From an uncultured Clostridia bacterium (GTDB lineage: Bacteria > Bacillota > Clostridia > TANB77 > CAG-508): a DNA stretch of 64,000 nucleotides. The notes under the pieces are model-generated. The model did no database searches, was not told where the DNA came from, and saw nothing but the letters and a program-made list of their open reading frames with translations. Below, piece after piece: positions 49,668 to 59,958 of this stretch. Position 1 is the first letter of the stretch; every line of letters begins with the position of its first letter. Location of the stretch: positions 1,150 through 65,149 of the forward strand of contig CAUWAY010000004.1 in assembly GCA_963556905.1 (NCBI GenBank), written 5' to 3'. The position numbers were made by a program, and so were the translations under genes.

Positions 49668-50687
49668 ATGAAAAACATAAAAGATTATAATTTAGATTCA
49701 TTAAAAGAAGAATTTATTAATATTGGAGAAAAAGCATTTAGAGCAGAACAAGTATTTAAGTGGATATATGAAAATAAAGTAAGAAGTTTTGATGAAATGA
49801 CAAATTTATCATTAGAACTAAGAGAAAAATTAAAACAAAACTATGAAATGCATAATTTCAAAATATTAAAAAAACAAGAATCATCAGACGGAACAAAAAA
49901 ATATTTATTTGATACATTAGATGGAAATGCAATAGAAACAGTACTAATGAGCTACCATCATGGATATAGCATATGTGTATCATCTCAAATTGGTTGCAAA
50001 ATGGGATGTAAATTTTGCGCATCAACCGGAATTAAATTTATAAGAAATCTAACATCTGGAGAAATTGTTGAGCAAATATTAACAGTTGAAATAGATAATA
50101 ATATAAGAATATCAAACGTAGTATTTATGGGAATAGGAGAACCATTAGACAACTATGAAAATGTAGTAAATGCAATAAGAATCATAAACAACCCAAAAGG
50201 AATAAACATAGGAGCACGCCATATAAGTATATCAACAAGTGGATTAGTACCTAAAATATATCAATTAGCAGAAGAAAACATTCAATGTACATTATCAATA
50301 TCACTACATGCAACAACAAACGAAAAAAGAAGTAGTATGATGCCTGTAAATAACAGATATAATATCGAAGAACTACTACAAGCATGTAAAGACTATATAA
50401 AAAGTACAAATAGAAGAATTTCATTTGAATATGCATTAGCCAAAGAAAATAATGATGATTTGGAAGATGCAAAAAGATTAGTACATTTATTAAAAGGAAT
50501 GATATGTCATGTAAATTTAATTCCTATCAATAAAATAGAAAATGGAGAGTACACAAAAAGCTCTAATGAAAATATTATAAAATTTAGAGACTACTTAAAT
50601 GACCATGGAATAGTTGCGACAATAAGAAGAGAATTAGGGTCAGATATTGATGCAGCATGTGGACAATTAAGAAGAAAAAATTTATAA
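49668..50687 (+). CDS. rlmN: 23S rRNA/tRNA m2A methyltransferase RlmN (radical SAM)
   Basis: FRAEQVFKWIY, CVSSQIGCKMGCKFCAS, GMGEP, C-terminal DIDAACGQL. Confidence 0.9.
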   Translation: MKNIKDYNLDSLKEEFINIGEKAFRAEQVFKWIYENKVRSFDEMTNLSLELREKLKQNYEMHNFKILKKQESSDGTKKYLFDTLDGNAIETVLMSYHHGYSICVSSQIGCKMGCKFCASTGIKFIRNLTSGEIVEQILTVEIDNNIRISNVVFMGIGEPLDNYENVVNAIRIINNPKGINIGARHISISTSGLVPKIYQLAEENIQCTLSISLHATTNEKRSSMMPVNNRYNIEELLQACKDYIKSTNRRISFEYALAKENNDDLEDAKRLVHLLKGMICHVNLIPINKIENGEYTKSSNENIIKFRDYLNDHGIVATIRRELGSDIDAACGQLRRKNL

Positions 50688-50793
50688 CAAAATAAATTAC
50701 AAATGTAATTAAAATGGAAAAATATTTAGCTCAAATAATTGAAAATTATAATAAAGTATGATATAACTTTAATAGAAAGATAAGAGGTGAAAT

Positions 50794-51528
50794 ATGATAA
50801 TAGCTTATGCAAAATCGGATATAGGAAAAACTAGAGAAATGAACCAAGATTCATATTACATATCTGATTCGTTAAGTGATGTCAAAATATATTTATTAGC
50901 AGACGGAATGGGAGGCTACAAAGGAGGAGAAATAGCAAGTAAACTAGCAATAAAATGTGCTAAAAACTATATTGAAAACAATTTTAAAGAAACTCCAAAA
51001 GATAGAGAAAGCTTAATTCAACTTGTAGCAAGTAGTATGGAATATGCAAATATGGTAGTATATGAGAAATCAAAAGAAAATAAAGAATTTGAAGGAATGG
51101 GTACTACTTTAGAAGTTTGTTTAATATATAATAATAAAGCATATATTGGTCATATAGGAGATAGTAGAATATATAGAATACGCAAAAATTTCATTAGAAA
51201 ACTAACACAAGACCACAGTTATGTTCAAAAATTAGTAAAAGACGGAACAATCACAAAAGAAGAAGCAGAAGTACATCCAAAGAAAAACATGCTTTTAAAA
51301 GCACTTGGTTGTAATGCATTTGTAGAGCCAGATGTAGCAGTAAAAGGTTTTTTAAGAGACGATATTTTAGTAATAACATCAGATGGATTAACAAATATGG
51401 TAAAACAAGACAAAATATTCGAAATTGCAACAGGAAATATAGAAAAAGCACCTGTAAAATTAGTCGAATTAGCAAACCAAAATGGGGGAATAGATAATAT
51501 AACAGTTATAGTTATAAAAAACATATAA
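50794..51528 (+). CDS. prpC: PP2C-family Ser/Thr phosphatase (Stp/PrpC)
   Basis: DIGKTREMNQDS, LADGMGG, ITSDGL, GGIDNITVI. Confidence 0.9.
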   Translation: MIIAYAKSDIGKTREMNQDSYYISDSLSDVKIYLLADGMGGYKGGEIASKLAIKCAKNYIENNFKETPKDRESLIQLVASSMEYANMVVYEKSKENKEFEGMGTTLEVCLIYNNKAYIGHIGDSRIYRIRKNFIRKLTQDHSYVQKLVKDGTITKEEAEVHPKKNMLLKALGCNAFVEPDVAVKGFLRDDILVITSDGLTNMVKQDKIFEIATGNIEKAPVKLVELANQNGGIDNITVIVIKNI

Positions 51529-51606
51529 CCAAAGGAAAATTTGAAAAACCTGCAAAAAATAAAAACACGATATTCAAATTATATATACCTAGGAAGGATG
51601 AAAATA

Positions 51607-53598
51607 ATGGATTTAAAAGGTAGATTATTAGGAAATAGATATGAAATCCTAGAAAAAATAGGCAATGGCGGAATGGCTACAGTATATAGAGCTAAATGTC
51701 ATGTATTAAATAGATATGTAGCAGTAAAAATATTAAGAGATGAATTTACGACAGACGAAGAATTTATAAAAAGATTTGAAGTAGAAGCACAATCAGCAGC
51801 AAGTATTACACACCCAAATATTGTTTCAGTATATGATGTAGGTGTTGATGGAAATTTACATTATATAGTAATGGAATTGGTAAAAGGAAAGACATTAAAA
51901 GAAATAATAGTTGAAGAAAAAGGACCACTACCATGGAAATGGTCAGTAAACATATCAATACAAATAGCTTCAGCATTAGAAATAGCACACAGAAATCATA
52001 TAATACATAGAGATATAAAACCACACAATATAATAATAACAGAAGATGGAGTTGCAAAAGTAACAGATTTTGGAATAGCAAAAGCTGTATCAAATTCAAC
52101 AATTACAGCATTTGGAACAACAATAGGTTCAGTACATTATTTTTCACCAGAACATGCAAGAGGAGGATTTACAGATGAAAAATCAGACTTATATTCTTTA
52201 GGAGTAGTAATGTATGAAATGCTAACAGGAAAAGTTCCATTTGATGCAGACACACCAGTTTCAGTAGCATTAAAGCATATGCAAGAAGAACCAATACCAG
52301 CAAATGCAATAAATCCGAACATACCTAAAGCAGTAAATGATATAATAATGAAAGCATTAAGAAAAGAACCAAATATGCGTTACCAAAGTGCAACAGAATT
52401 TGTTATAGATTTAAAAAGGTCATTAAAAGACCCAAACGGAAGTTTTGTAGATAATGAAGAAAATATGAGTGACTTTCCAACCCAAAGAATTACTACATTA
52501 GGAGAAGAAGACAGAAGTCCAAAATCAGAAAAGAAAAAAGAAAATAAATTTAAAACATTTATAAAAAAACATAAGGTAATATCATCAATTGTAGGACTAA
52601 TAATACTATTTTCAATAAGTTTAGGAACAACAATAGGAATAGCAAATGCCAGAATACCTAAAGAAGTTCAAATACCAAGCCTAGTTGGAAAAACTGTAGA
52701 AGAAGCAAAACAAATATTAGAAGAAAATAAGCTAATATATGTTGAAGAAAAATCAGAATATAATGCAGAACATGAAGCAGGAAAAATAATATCACAAAAT
52801 CCTGAATTTGTAGAAAATAGAAACATAAAAGAAAACACTGAAGTAAAAGTAGTAATAAGTTTAGGAGTAGAAACAACAAAAGTTCCAAAACTAAAAGGTT
52901 TAACTAGAGATGAAGCAGAATACACTGCAAAAACATCAAAAATAAAACTTGAATTTATTGAAGAAACAAGCAAAACTGTTGAAGCAGGAGTGATTATAAA
53001 ACAAGAAACAGATGAAGGAGAAACAGTAAATGCAGGAGATACTGTAAAAGTACATATAAGCATAGGAACTGGAATCAAACAAGTAGCTGTTACATCAGTA
53101 TTTGGAAAAGATGAAGCAACTGCAAAACAAACTCTTGAAAAAGCAGGATTAAAAGTTGAAGTTGAGTATGAAGAAGATTCAACAAAAGACAATGGAACAG
53201 TATTAAAACAAAGTATTTCATCTGGAACAACTGTAGATGAAGGAACAGTAATAGTAATTACTATAAACAAATTATCAGAAATAAAGAATGGAACAATTAT
53301 TATTAATGTAAAAGAATTAACAGATTATAGTGAAACAGAAAAAGTGATAATAACTAATAAAGATGGAAAACAAGAAATAGTTGAACAGAAAAAAAACCCA
53401 AAAGATGTAAGTTTCAAAGTTACAGTAAATGGAGAACAAGTAACAAGAAATAATGAAACAGTAAAAGAAAATGAAACAGCAAAAAAAGTTGAAGTTTCAG
53501 GAAAAGGAACAATTGAAATAAAAGTAATAATAGATGGAGCAACAAAAAAACCATATAAAATGGACTTAAATAAAGTTACAGAAATGCAAATACCATAA
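51607..53598 (+). CDS. prkC: Ser/Thr kinase PrkC with PASTA repeats
   Basis: GNGGMATVY, VAVK, HRDIKPHN, DFGIA. One TM segment, then three PASTA-like repeats (P.LVGKTVEEA, PKLKGLTRDEA, VFGKDEATA). ATG 51607 is preferred over the upstream TTG. Confidence 0.9.
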   Translation: MDLKGRLLGNRYEILEKIGNGGMATVYRAKCHVLNRYVAVKILRDEFTTDEEFIKRFEVEAQSAASITHPNIVSVYDVGVDGNLHYIVMELVKGKTLKEIIVEEKGPLPWKWSVNISIQIASALEIAHRNHIIHRDIKPHNIIITEDGVAKVTDFGIAKAVSNSTITAFGTTIGSVHYFSPEHARGGFTDEKSDLYSLGVVMYEMLTGKVPFDADTPVSVALKHMQEEPIPANAINPNIPKAVNDIIMKALRKEPNMRYQSATEFVIDLKRSLKDPNGSFVDNEENMSDFPTQRITTLGEEDRSPKSEKKKENKFKTFIKKHKVISSIVGLIILFSISLGTTIGIANARIPKEVQIPSLVGKTVEEAKQILEENKLIYVEEKSEYNAEHEAGKIISQNPEFVENRNIKENTEVKVVISLGVETTKVPKLKGLTRDEAEYTAKTSKIKLEFIEETSKTVEAGVIIKQETDEGETVNAGDTVKVHISIGTGIKQVAVTSVFGKDEATAKQTLEKAGLKVEVEYEEDSTKDNGTVLKQSISSGTTVDEGTVIVITINKLSEIKNGTIIINVKELTDYSETEKVIITNKDGKQEIVEQKKNPKDVSFKVTVNGEQVTRNNETVKENETAKKVEVSGKGTIEIKVIIDGATKKPYKMDLNKVTEMQIP

Positions 53599-53643
53599 AA
53601 CACAAAAAATTGACTATTGTAACAATATTCAATTTTCATTTGT

Positions 53644-53680
53644 AAAAAAAATAGGAAAGTTATAACTTTCCTATTTTTTA
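53644..53680. terminator. Bidirectional terminator between prkC and the SPFH gene
   Basis: ATAGGAAAGT-tata-ACTTTCCTAT flanked by A7 and T5 runs. Confidence 0.85.
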
Positions 53681-53686
53681 AAATTA

Positions 53687-54586
53687 TTATTTTTTATCTG
53701 TGAATATTTCTTTTGCAGCACCTAATCCGCTTAAAGCACCTGTTGCTTCAAATGGGATAAATACTTTATTTGCTTCACCTTTTGCTATTTCTTCAAGAGC
53801 TTCTAGTGATTTTATTTGTACAAGTTTCTCATCTGGATCAGAAGCTTTTATTGCATCATAAACCATTGAAATTTCTTTAGCTTTAGCTTCTGCAACAGAT
53901 TTAATTGCTTGAGCTTCACCGGCAGCTCTTCTAATTCTAGCTTCTCTATCAGCTTCAGCTTCAAGAATAGCAGCAGCTTTTTTACCTTCGGCAATAGTAA
54001 CAGCAGATTGCTTTTGAGCTTCTGCTTCAAGAATTAAAGCTCTTTTATTTCTTTCTGCATTCATTTGTTTTTCCATTGCATCTCTAATATCTGCTGGTGG
54101 TGTAATATCTTTTATTTCAACTCTATCTATTTTACAACCCCATCTATCTGTAGCATCATCAAGTATTGTTCTTAGTTGAGAGTTTATTCCATCACGAGAA
54201 CTAAATGTTGCGTCTAAATCCATTTTACCAACTATATCACGAATAGTAGTAATAGCAAGATATTCAATACCCTTCTTTAAACTTTGAATTTCATATACTG
54301 CTTTAGCTGGATCTGTTATTTGATAAAATACAACAGTATCAATTGTGATTGTAACATTATCTTTAGTAATAACTCCTTGAGGTGGAATATCCATTGTTTG
54401 TTGCTTTAAACTAACAACACTTCTTACATGATCAAAAAATGGAATTATTATTGTAAGACCTGCATCAGCAATTTTATGGAATTTTCCTAATCTTTCTATA
54501 ATATAAACCTCAGATTGTCTAACGACTTTAATTGATTTGAATGCTATAACTAAAATTATAACAAGTAGTACAATTAAAAACCACAT
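53687..54586 (-). CDS. SPFH/band 7 (stomatin-like) membrane protein
   Basis: N-terminal TM segment, IKVVRQSEVYIIERLGK, followed by an Ala/Glu-rich coiled coil. Confidence 0.9.
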   Translation of the reverse strand: MWFLIVLLVIILVIAFKSIKVVRQSEVYIIERLGKFHKIADAGLTIIIPFFDHVRSVVSLKQQTMDIPPQGVITKDNVTITIDTVVFYQITDPAKAVYEIQSLKKGIEYLAITTIRDIVGKMDLDATFSSRDGINSQLRTILDDATDRWGCKIDRVEIKDITPPADIRDAMEKQMNAERNKRALILEAEAQKQSAVTIAEGKKAAAILEAEADREARIRRAAGEAQAIKSVAEAKAKEISMVYDAIKASDPDEKLVQIKSLEALEEIAKGEANKVFIPFEATGALSGLGAAKEIFTDKK

Positions 54587-54647
54587 AATTTCCTCCTTTT
54601 GACAAGATTTTTCTTGTCTTAAAAAATATATATAATAATATAAAAAA

Positions 54648-55094
54648 CTAATTATTTTTTGTAGAAATAATATTTATAGGTTTTACATAAGCTTTAACAC
54701 CATTTATTGATTCTATTTCTACTTCACTACCTTTTGGAATAGAGTGTTGTTCTTGAGTTTTTGCTGACCAAATTTCTCCATCAACTTTAATTTGACCTCT
54801 TCCAGTATTATTGTCTATATCTTCTACAACAATAGCTCTTTTTCCTATAATTGAATATACATTAGTTGAAACAACGTCTTTTTTTGCAAGTTTATTTACA
54901 AGTGGTCTTGTTGCAAAAATAAGTAATCCTGAAGAAATAACAAAAACAGTCATTTGAACAACAACATTTGTTGTAAAAAAACTAACTAACATTGCTAATA
55001 ATGCGCCTATACTTAGCCAAAAAACTAAAAAACTAACTGTAAACACTTCAGCTATTAAAAATACTCCAGATGCAATTAACCATATTTGCCACAT
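54648..55094 (-). CDS. NfeD-family membrane protein
   Basis: Three TM segments plus a C-terminal OB-fold (GRGQIKVDGEIWSA). Upstream partner of the SPFH gene. Confidence 0.85.
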   Translation of the reverse strand: MWQIWLIASGVFLIAEVFTVSFLVFWLSIGALLAMLVSFFTTNVVVQMTVFVISSGLLIFATRPLVNKLAKKDVVSTNVYSIIGKRAIVVEDIDNNTGRGQIKVDGEIWSAKTQEQHSIPKGSEVEIESINGVKAYVKPINIISTKNN

Positions 55095-55355
55095 AAAAAA
55101 TCCTCCTTATATAAAATTTATGCATAAAGCTAAATTTAAGAACTATACTTATATTATACTATAAAATTGATAAAAATCAAAGAGATTTGATAAAAATTCT
55201 TGTAAAATTAGTAAAAAAATGATAATATTGTAAAGAAGTAAAGATATTTAGTAGTGAACATAATAAGATTATAGATATAAAAGATAAAATTACAAAAGAA
55301 AAATGTTTATAGGAGCACTAATAAAAACCTAAATATAATAAAAGGAATGATTTTT

Positions 55356-56267
55356 ATGCATGTAAAACAAATAGAAAAGATAATTCCAAAAGAAAGAATT
55401 CATTTGAATGAACCTATGAAAAAGTACACATCATTTAAAATAGGTGGACCAGCAGAATGTTTAATAAAAATCGAAAAAGTAGAAGAACTAATTCAAGTAT
55501 TAAAGATATGTAAAGAAAACAAAATACCACTAACAATAATAGGAAATGGAAGCAATATTTTAGTAAGTGATGAAGGAATAGAAGGAATAGTATTAAAAAT
55601 AGAAATTAAAAAATTTGAAATTCAAGAAAGCAAAAATCAAAATATAAAAAAAATAACAATAGGAAGTGGAAACAAATTAGCAGAAACGGCTTATCAATTA
55701 GCCAAACAAGAAATAGCAGGATTTGAATTTGCAAGTGGAATACCTGGAACAATAGGTGGAGCAATAAAGATGAATGCAGGAGCACATGGAACAGAAATGA
55801 AAGATATTGTAAAAACAATAACATATATAGATAGAGAAGGCAAACTACATAAAATCGAAAATAATGAAGCAAAATTTGAATATAGAAACAGTATATTTTC
55901 TAAAAAAGATTATATTATAGTAGAAACAGAGTTAGAACTTGCAAAAGGTAAAAAAGAAGAAATAGAAGAAAAAATGCAAGAATATGCAAAGTACAGAAAA
56001 GAAAAACAACCAATTGAATACCCAAGTGCAGGAAGTACATTCAAAAGAGGAACAGATTTTATTACAGCTAAACTTATAGATGAATGTGGATTAAAAGGAT
56101 ACAAAATAGGAGGAGCACAAATATCAGAAAAACATGCAGGATTTATAATAAATAAAGAAAATGCAACAGCAAAAGATGTAAAAGAACTAATAAAATACAC
56201 AAAAGAAAAAGTATATGAAAAATTTAGAAAAAATATAGATACTGAAATTGAAATGATAGGGAAATAA
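55356..56267 (+). CDS. murB: UDP-N-acetylenolpyruvoylglucosamine reductase
   Basis: FKIGGPAE, IIGNGSNIL, GIPGTIGGA, SAGSTFK. Confidence 0.9.
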   Translation: MHVKQIEKIIPKERIHLNEPMKKYTSFKIGGPAECLIKIEKVEELIQVLKICKENKIPLTIIGNGSNILVSDEGIEGIVLKIEIKKFEIQESKNQNIKKITIGSGNKLAETAYQLAKQEIAGFEFASGIPGTIGGAIKMNAGAHGTEMKDIVKTITYIDREGKLHKIENNEAKFEYRNSIFSKKDYIIVETELELAKGKKEEIEEKMQEYAKYRKEKQPIEYPSAGSTFKRGTDFITAKLIDECGLKGYKIGGAQISEKHAGFIINKENATAKDVKELIKYTKEKVYEKFRKNIDTEIEMIGK

Positions 56268-56329
56268 TAGTAACATAAAATTAGTAAAGGAGGAAGCGGA
56301 AAAGCAAAAGCAAAATCCGCAATAGGACA

Positions 56330-57844
56330 ATGAAAGGAATAATGAATTGGCTAAAATCAAGTTCTAAAATGAAAAGATGGATATTCTTAATTTTAGTAGG
56401 AATAGTATTAACATGTTATGGAATATCAAAAATATTAGTTCAAAAAGAAATGCAATTTTTAGAAGCAGGGAAAGTTATAGTAGTATTTGTTATAGGATTT
56501 TCATTTATAGTATTAGGACTAATAATGTTAAATAAAAGAAATATGGAATTGTTTATAGAAGCAACAGATGAAAGAATGAAAAACAAAAAAAATGTAAATG
56601 TAAAATCACTAATATTTGACAGAACTATTTATAATCAAGGACCTAAAATAGTAGTAATAGGTGGAGGAGCAGGTCTAGACACAGTGCTTTCTGGAATGAA
56701 AAGATATACAAATAATTTAACAGCAATAGTAGCAGTTTCAGAATACGGAAAAGAACCAACAGATTCAAGAAAAGTATTAGGAACAACATTACCTTTTGAA
56801 GAGGTAAAAGACAGTATAGTTGCACTTGCACCAGAAAAAAAAGATGAACTAAATAAGTTATTAAACCATGAAATGACTAATCCAGCATTAAGAGGACTAA
56901 AATTTTCAGACATATATTTCACTGCAATGAAAGAAATATATAAAAATGATACTGTATCAATAGAAAAAAGTAATGAAATATTTAATATAACAGGAAATGT
57001 GTTACCTGTAACATCAGAAGAAATGACAATATGTGCAGAACTTGAAAATGGATATATAGTTGAAGAAAAAGATAAAATACCAGAAATAGTAAGTGAAAAA
57101 ATGACAAAAATAAATAGAGTATATATAAAACCATCAAATTGTAGACCAGCAGAAGGAGTACTAAAAGCAATAAAAGAAGCAGACAGTATAATAATAGGAC
57201 CAGGAAGTCTATATACAAATATAATACCAAATTTATTAGTAAATGGAGTTGCAAAAGCAATAAAAGAAAGTAAAGCAATAAAAATATATGTAAATAACAT
57301 AATGACAGAACTTGGACAAACTGACGATTATACAGTAGCAGATCATATAAAAGCAATAATAGAACATTGTGGAGAAGGATTAATAGATTATTGTATATAT
57401 GATACAGGAGAAGTAATTCCTGAATACATAAAAAAATATAATAAAGAAGGATCAGACTTAGTAGAGCAAAAATTAGATGATCCAGAATTAAAGAAAATCA
57501 AATTTATTAAGAAAAACATTTCAACAATAATAGATGGAAGAATTAGGCATGACCAATATCTAGTTGCAGAATCAGCAATAAAATTAATTTGTAATGACTT
57601 AAAATATGAAGATAAAGAAGATGATCCAGAATATGTAATGCTTAATGCAAAACTAAAATCAGATAAAAGAATTAATAAAATAAGAAAAGAACAAGCAAAA
57701 AATGCCAAAAAAACTCAAAGAAAAGGAAAAGAAAAAACAAAAGACACAAGAAAAAGTAAATTTAGTAATAAATACAGTGAAAGAATAAAATCAATAAAAG
57801 AATCAGATGAAAAATTCAACAGAACACATAATGATAAAAAATAA
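56330..57844 (+). CDS. YvcK/CofD-family protein with N-terminal TM anchor and Lys-rich C-terminal tail
   Basis: IVVIGGGAGL, IIIGPGSLYTNIIPNLLV and IYVNNIMT..GQTDDYT are collinear with B. subtilis YvcK (from memory). Two N-terminal TM helices. Confidence 0.75.
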   Translation: MKGIMNWLKSSSKMKRWIFLILVGIVLTCYGISKILVQKEMQFLEAGKVIVVFVIGFSFIVLGLIMLNKRNMELFIEATDERMKNKKNVNVKSLIFDRTIYNQGPKIVVIGGGAGLDTVLSGMKRYTNNLTAIVAVSEYGKEPTDSRKVLGTTLPFEEVKDSIVALAPEKKDELNKLLNHEMTNPALRGLKFSDIYFTAMKEIYKNDTVSIEKSNEIFNITGNVLPVTSEEMTICAELENGYIVEEKDKIPEIVSEKMTKINRVYIKPSNCRPAEGVLKAIKEADSIIIGPGSLYTNIIPNLLVNGVAKAIKESKAIKIYVNNIMTELGQTDDYTVADHIKAIIEHCGEGLIDYCIYDTGEVIPEYIKKYNKEGSDLVEQKLDDPELKKIKFIKKNISTIIDGRIRHDQYLVAESAIKLICNDLKYEDKEDDPEYVMLNAKLKSDKRINKIRKEQAKNAKKTQRKGKEKTKDTRKSKFSNKYSERIKSIKESDEKFNRTHNDKK

Positions 57845-57880
57845 TCGTTGCTTGCGATTTGTAAGAAAGGAAAATAACAA

Positions 57881-59911
57881 ATGAAGTTTTCAAAAGAAAA
57901 ATTAAATTTAGAAGAAGCATTAACTAAAGAATGGATAATAACGAATGGACTTGGAGGATTTTCATCATCTACAATAATAGGTGCAAATACCAGAAAATAT
58001 CATGGACTATTAGTTGCACCTCTTAATCCACCAGCAAAGAGAACAATGATTTTGTCAAAGATAGATGAAAGTATAGAAGTATCAGGAAATAGATATGACT
58101 TATATACAAATATAGGAAAAAGATATATAACACATGGATACAAATATCAACAAGAGTTTAGAAAAGAATATATGCCGATATTTGGATATAAAGTTCAAGA
58201 CATAGAAATAAAAAAAGTAGTATGTATGGAGCACTTAAAAAACACAGTAGGAATATATTATAAAATAAAAAATGGGAAACAAAAATCAAAATTAATATTA
58301 GCACCATTAATGAATTACAGAGATGTGCATGGAACAAGTGAAAATCATATATTTAATATAGAACAACATTATAATGGAAAAAAATTAGAGATAAATATAG
58401 ATAATGGAAAAACAATATATATGACCATTTCAGAAGGAAAATATATTGAACACAAAAATGATACATTTTTTAATATGTTTTATATAGAAGAAGAAAAACG
58501 TGGACTTGGGGCAGAAGAAAATCATGTAGTTCCAGGAAGATTCGAAATAGAAATACAACCAAATGAAGAAAAAGAAATTTCAATAATATGTTCATTAGAA
58601 AAAGATATAGAAAGTTTAGATGCAAGAGCAATTATAACAAATGAAGTAGTTAGACAAAATAGAGAATTTATAAGATCACAATTAATTGATAGTAAAAAAG
58701 AAAATAAAACAGAAAAAGAAAATTTAAAAGAGCAATTAATAAAACAATTATTAGTCGCAAGTGACAATTTTATAATAGAAGTTCCATCACTTAATACATG
58801 TTCTATAATTGCAGGATATCCATGGTTTTCTGACTGGATGAGAGATACATTGATTTCATTTGAAGGACTTTTGTTAATTACTAAAAAATATAAAATAGCA
58901 AAAAAAGTTTTAAAAAATTGTATTAAAGATATAAAATGTGGATTAGTACCAAATTTATATAATGAGGAAAATCATAAACCACTATATAATAGTGTAGATT
59001 CGTCATTATTATTATTTGAGCAAGTAAAAAAATATTTACAATACACATCAGATTATAAATTTATAATGGAAGAAGTTTACCATAAACTAGAAAACATTAT
59101 AGAAAATTATTCAAAAGGAATAGAGCTAGACAACAATAATATTTATTTGGATATAGATGGATTAATAGTTTCTGGTACAGAATATACACAAAATACATGG
59201 ATGGATGTAAAATATGATGGAATACCAGCAACGCCAAGAAATGGCAAACCAGTTGAAATAAATGCAATGTGGTATAATGCTTTAAAAATAATGGAAGAAC
59301 TTACAAATGAAAATGGAGAAAAAGAAAAAGCAGCAAAATATGAAAAAATGGCATTAAAATGTAAAAATTCTTTTCAAAAAGAATTTTATAACAAAAGAAG
59401 AAAATGTTTATATGATGTATTAGGAGATTCTAAAATTAGACCAAATCAATTATTTGCTTTGAGCTTAACATATTCTGTTCTTGATATTAACTCAAAAGAA
59501 GCAAAAGAAATGTTTGAAACAGTAACTAAAAAATTACTTAATAATTATGGGCTAAAAAGCCTCGCAAAAGGTGAAGAAAATTATGTTGAAATATATGAAG
59601 GAGATACTTTTAGAAGAGATTTTAGTTACCATCAAGGAATTACATGGACATGGCTTTTAGGAATATATTATAATTCTTTGAAAAAATTTGCAAAGGAAAC
59701 AAAAAACAACGCAGAAAGAATAGAATATGAAAAAAAATTAAAAGAATTTGTAGATTTAATAACAGAAACATTTACTAAAGAAATAAATGAAAGAGGATGT
59801 ATTGGAAGTATATCAGAAATATATGATTCTAAAAAGCCATATGAGCCAAAAGGTGCAATTGCTCAAGCATGGAGTGTTGCAGAAATATTTAGAATAATAT
59901 TAGAAAAATAG
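57881..59911 (+). CDS. Glycogen debranching enzyme family protein (GDE N-terminal plus amylo-alpha-1,6-glucosidase domains)
   Basis: EWIITNGLGGFSSSTI..NTRKYHGLL N-terminus, GYPWFSDWMRDT, AQAWSVAE C-terminal motif. Confidence 0.8.
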   Translation: MKFSKEKLNLEEALTKEWIITNGLGGFSSSTIIGANTRKYHGLLVAPLNPPAKRTMILSKIDESIEVSGNRYDLYTNIGKRYITHGYKYQQEFRKEYMPIFGYKVQDIEIKKVVCMEHLKNTVGIYYKIKNGKQKSKLILAPLMNYRDVHGTSENHIFNIEQHYNGKKLEINIDNGKTIYMTISEGKYIEHKNDTFFNMFYIEEEKRGLGAEENHVVPGRFEIEIQPNEEKEISIICSLEKDIESLDARAIITNEVVRQNREFIRSQLIDSKKENKTEKENLKEQLIKQLLVASDNFIIEVPSLNTCSIIAGYPWFSDWMRDTLISFEGLLLITKKYKIAKKVLKNCIKDIKCGLVPNLYNEENHKPLYNSVDSSLLLFEQVKKYLQYTSDYKFIMEEVYHKLENIIENYSKGIELDNNNIYLDIDGLIVSGTEYTQNTWMDVKYDGIPATPRNGKPVEINAMWYNALKIMEELTNENGEKEKAAKYEKMALKCKNSFQKEFYNKRRKCLYDVLGDSKIRPNQLFALSLTYSVLDINSKEAKEMFETVTKKLLNNYGLKSLAKGEENYVEIYEGDTFRRDFSYHQGITWTWLLGIYYNSLKKFAKETKNNAERIEYEKKLKEFVDLITETFTKEINERGCIGSISEIYDSKKPYEPKGAIAQAWSVAEIFRIILEK

Positions 59912-59958
59912 CTATAAATAAAAAATTAATAAGTAATAGAAGTTTTAAGAGGTGCAAA

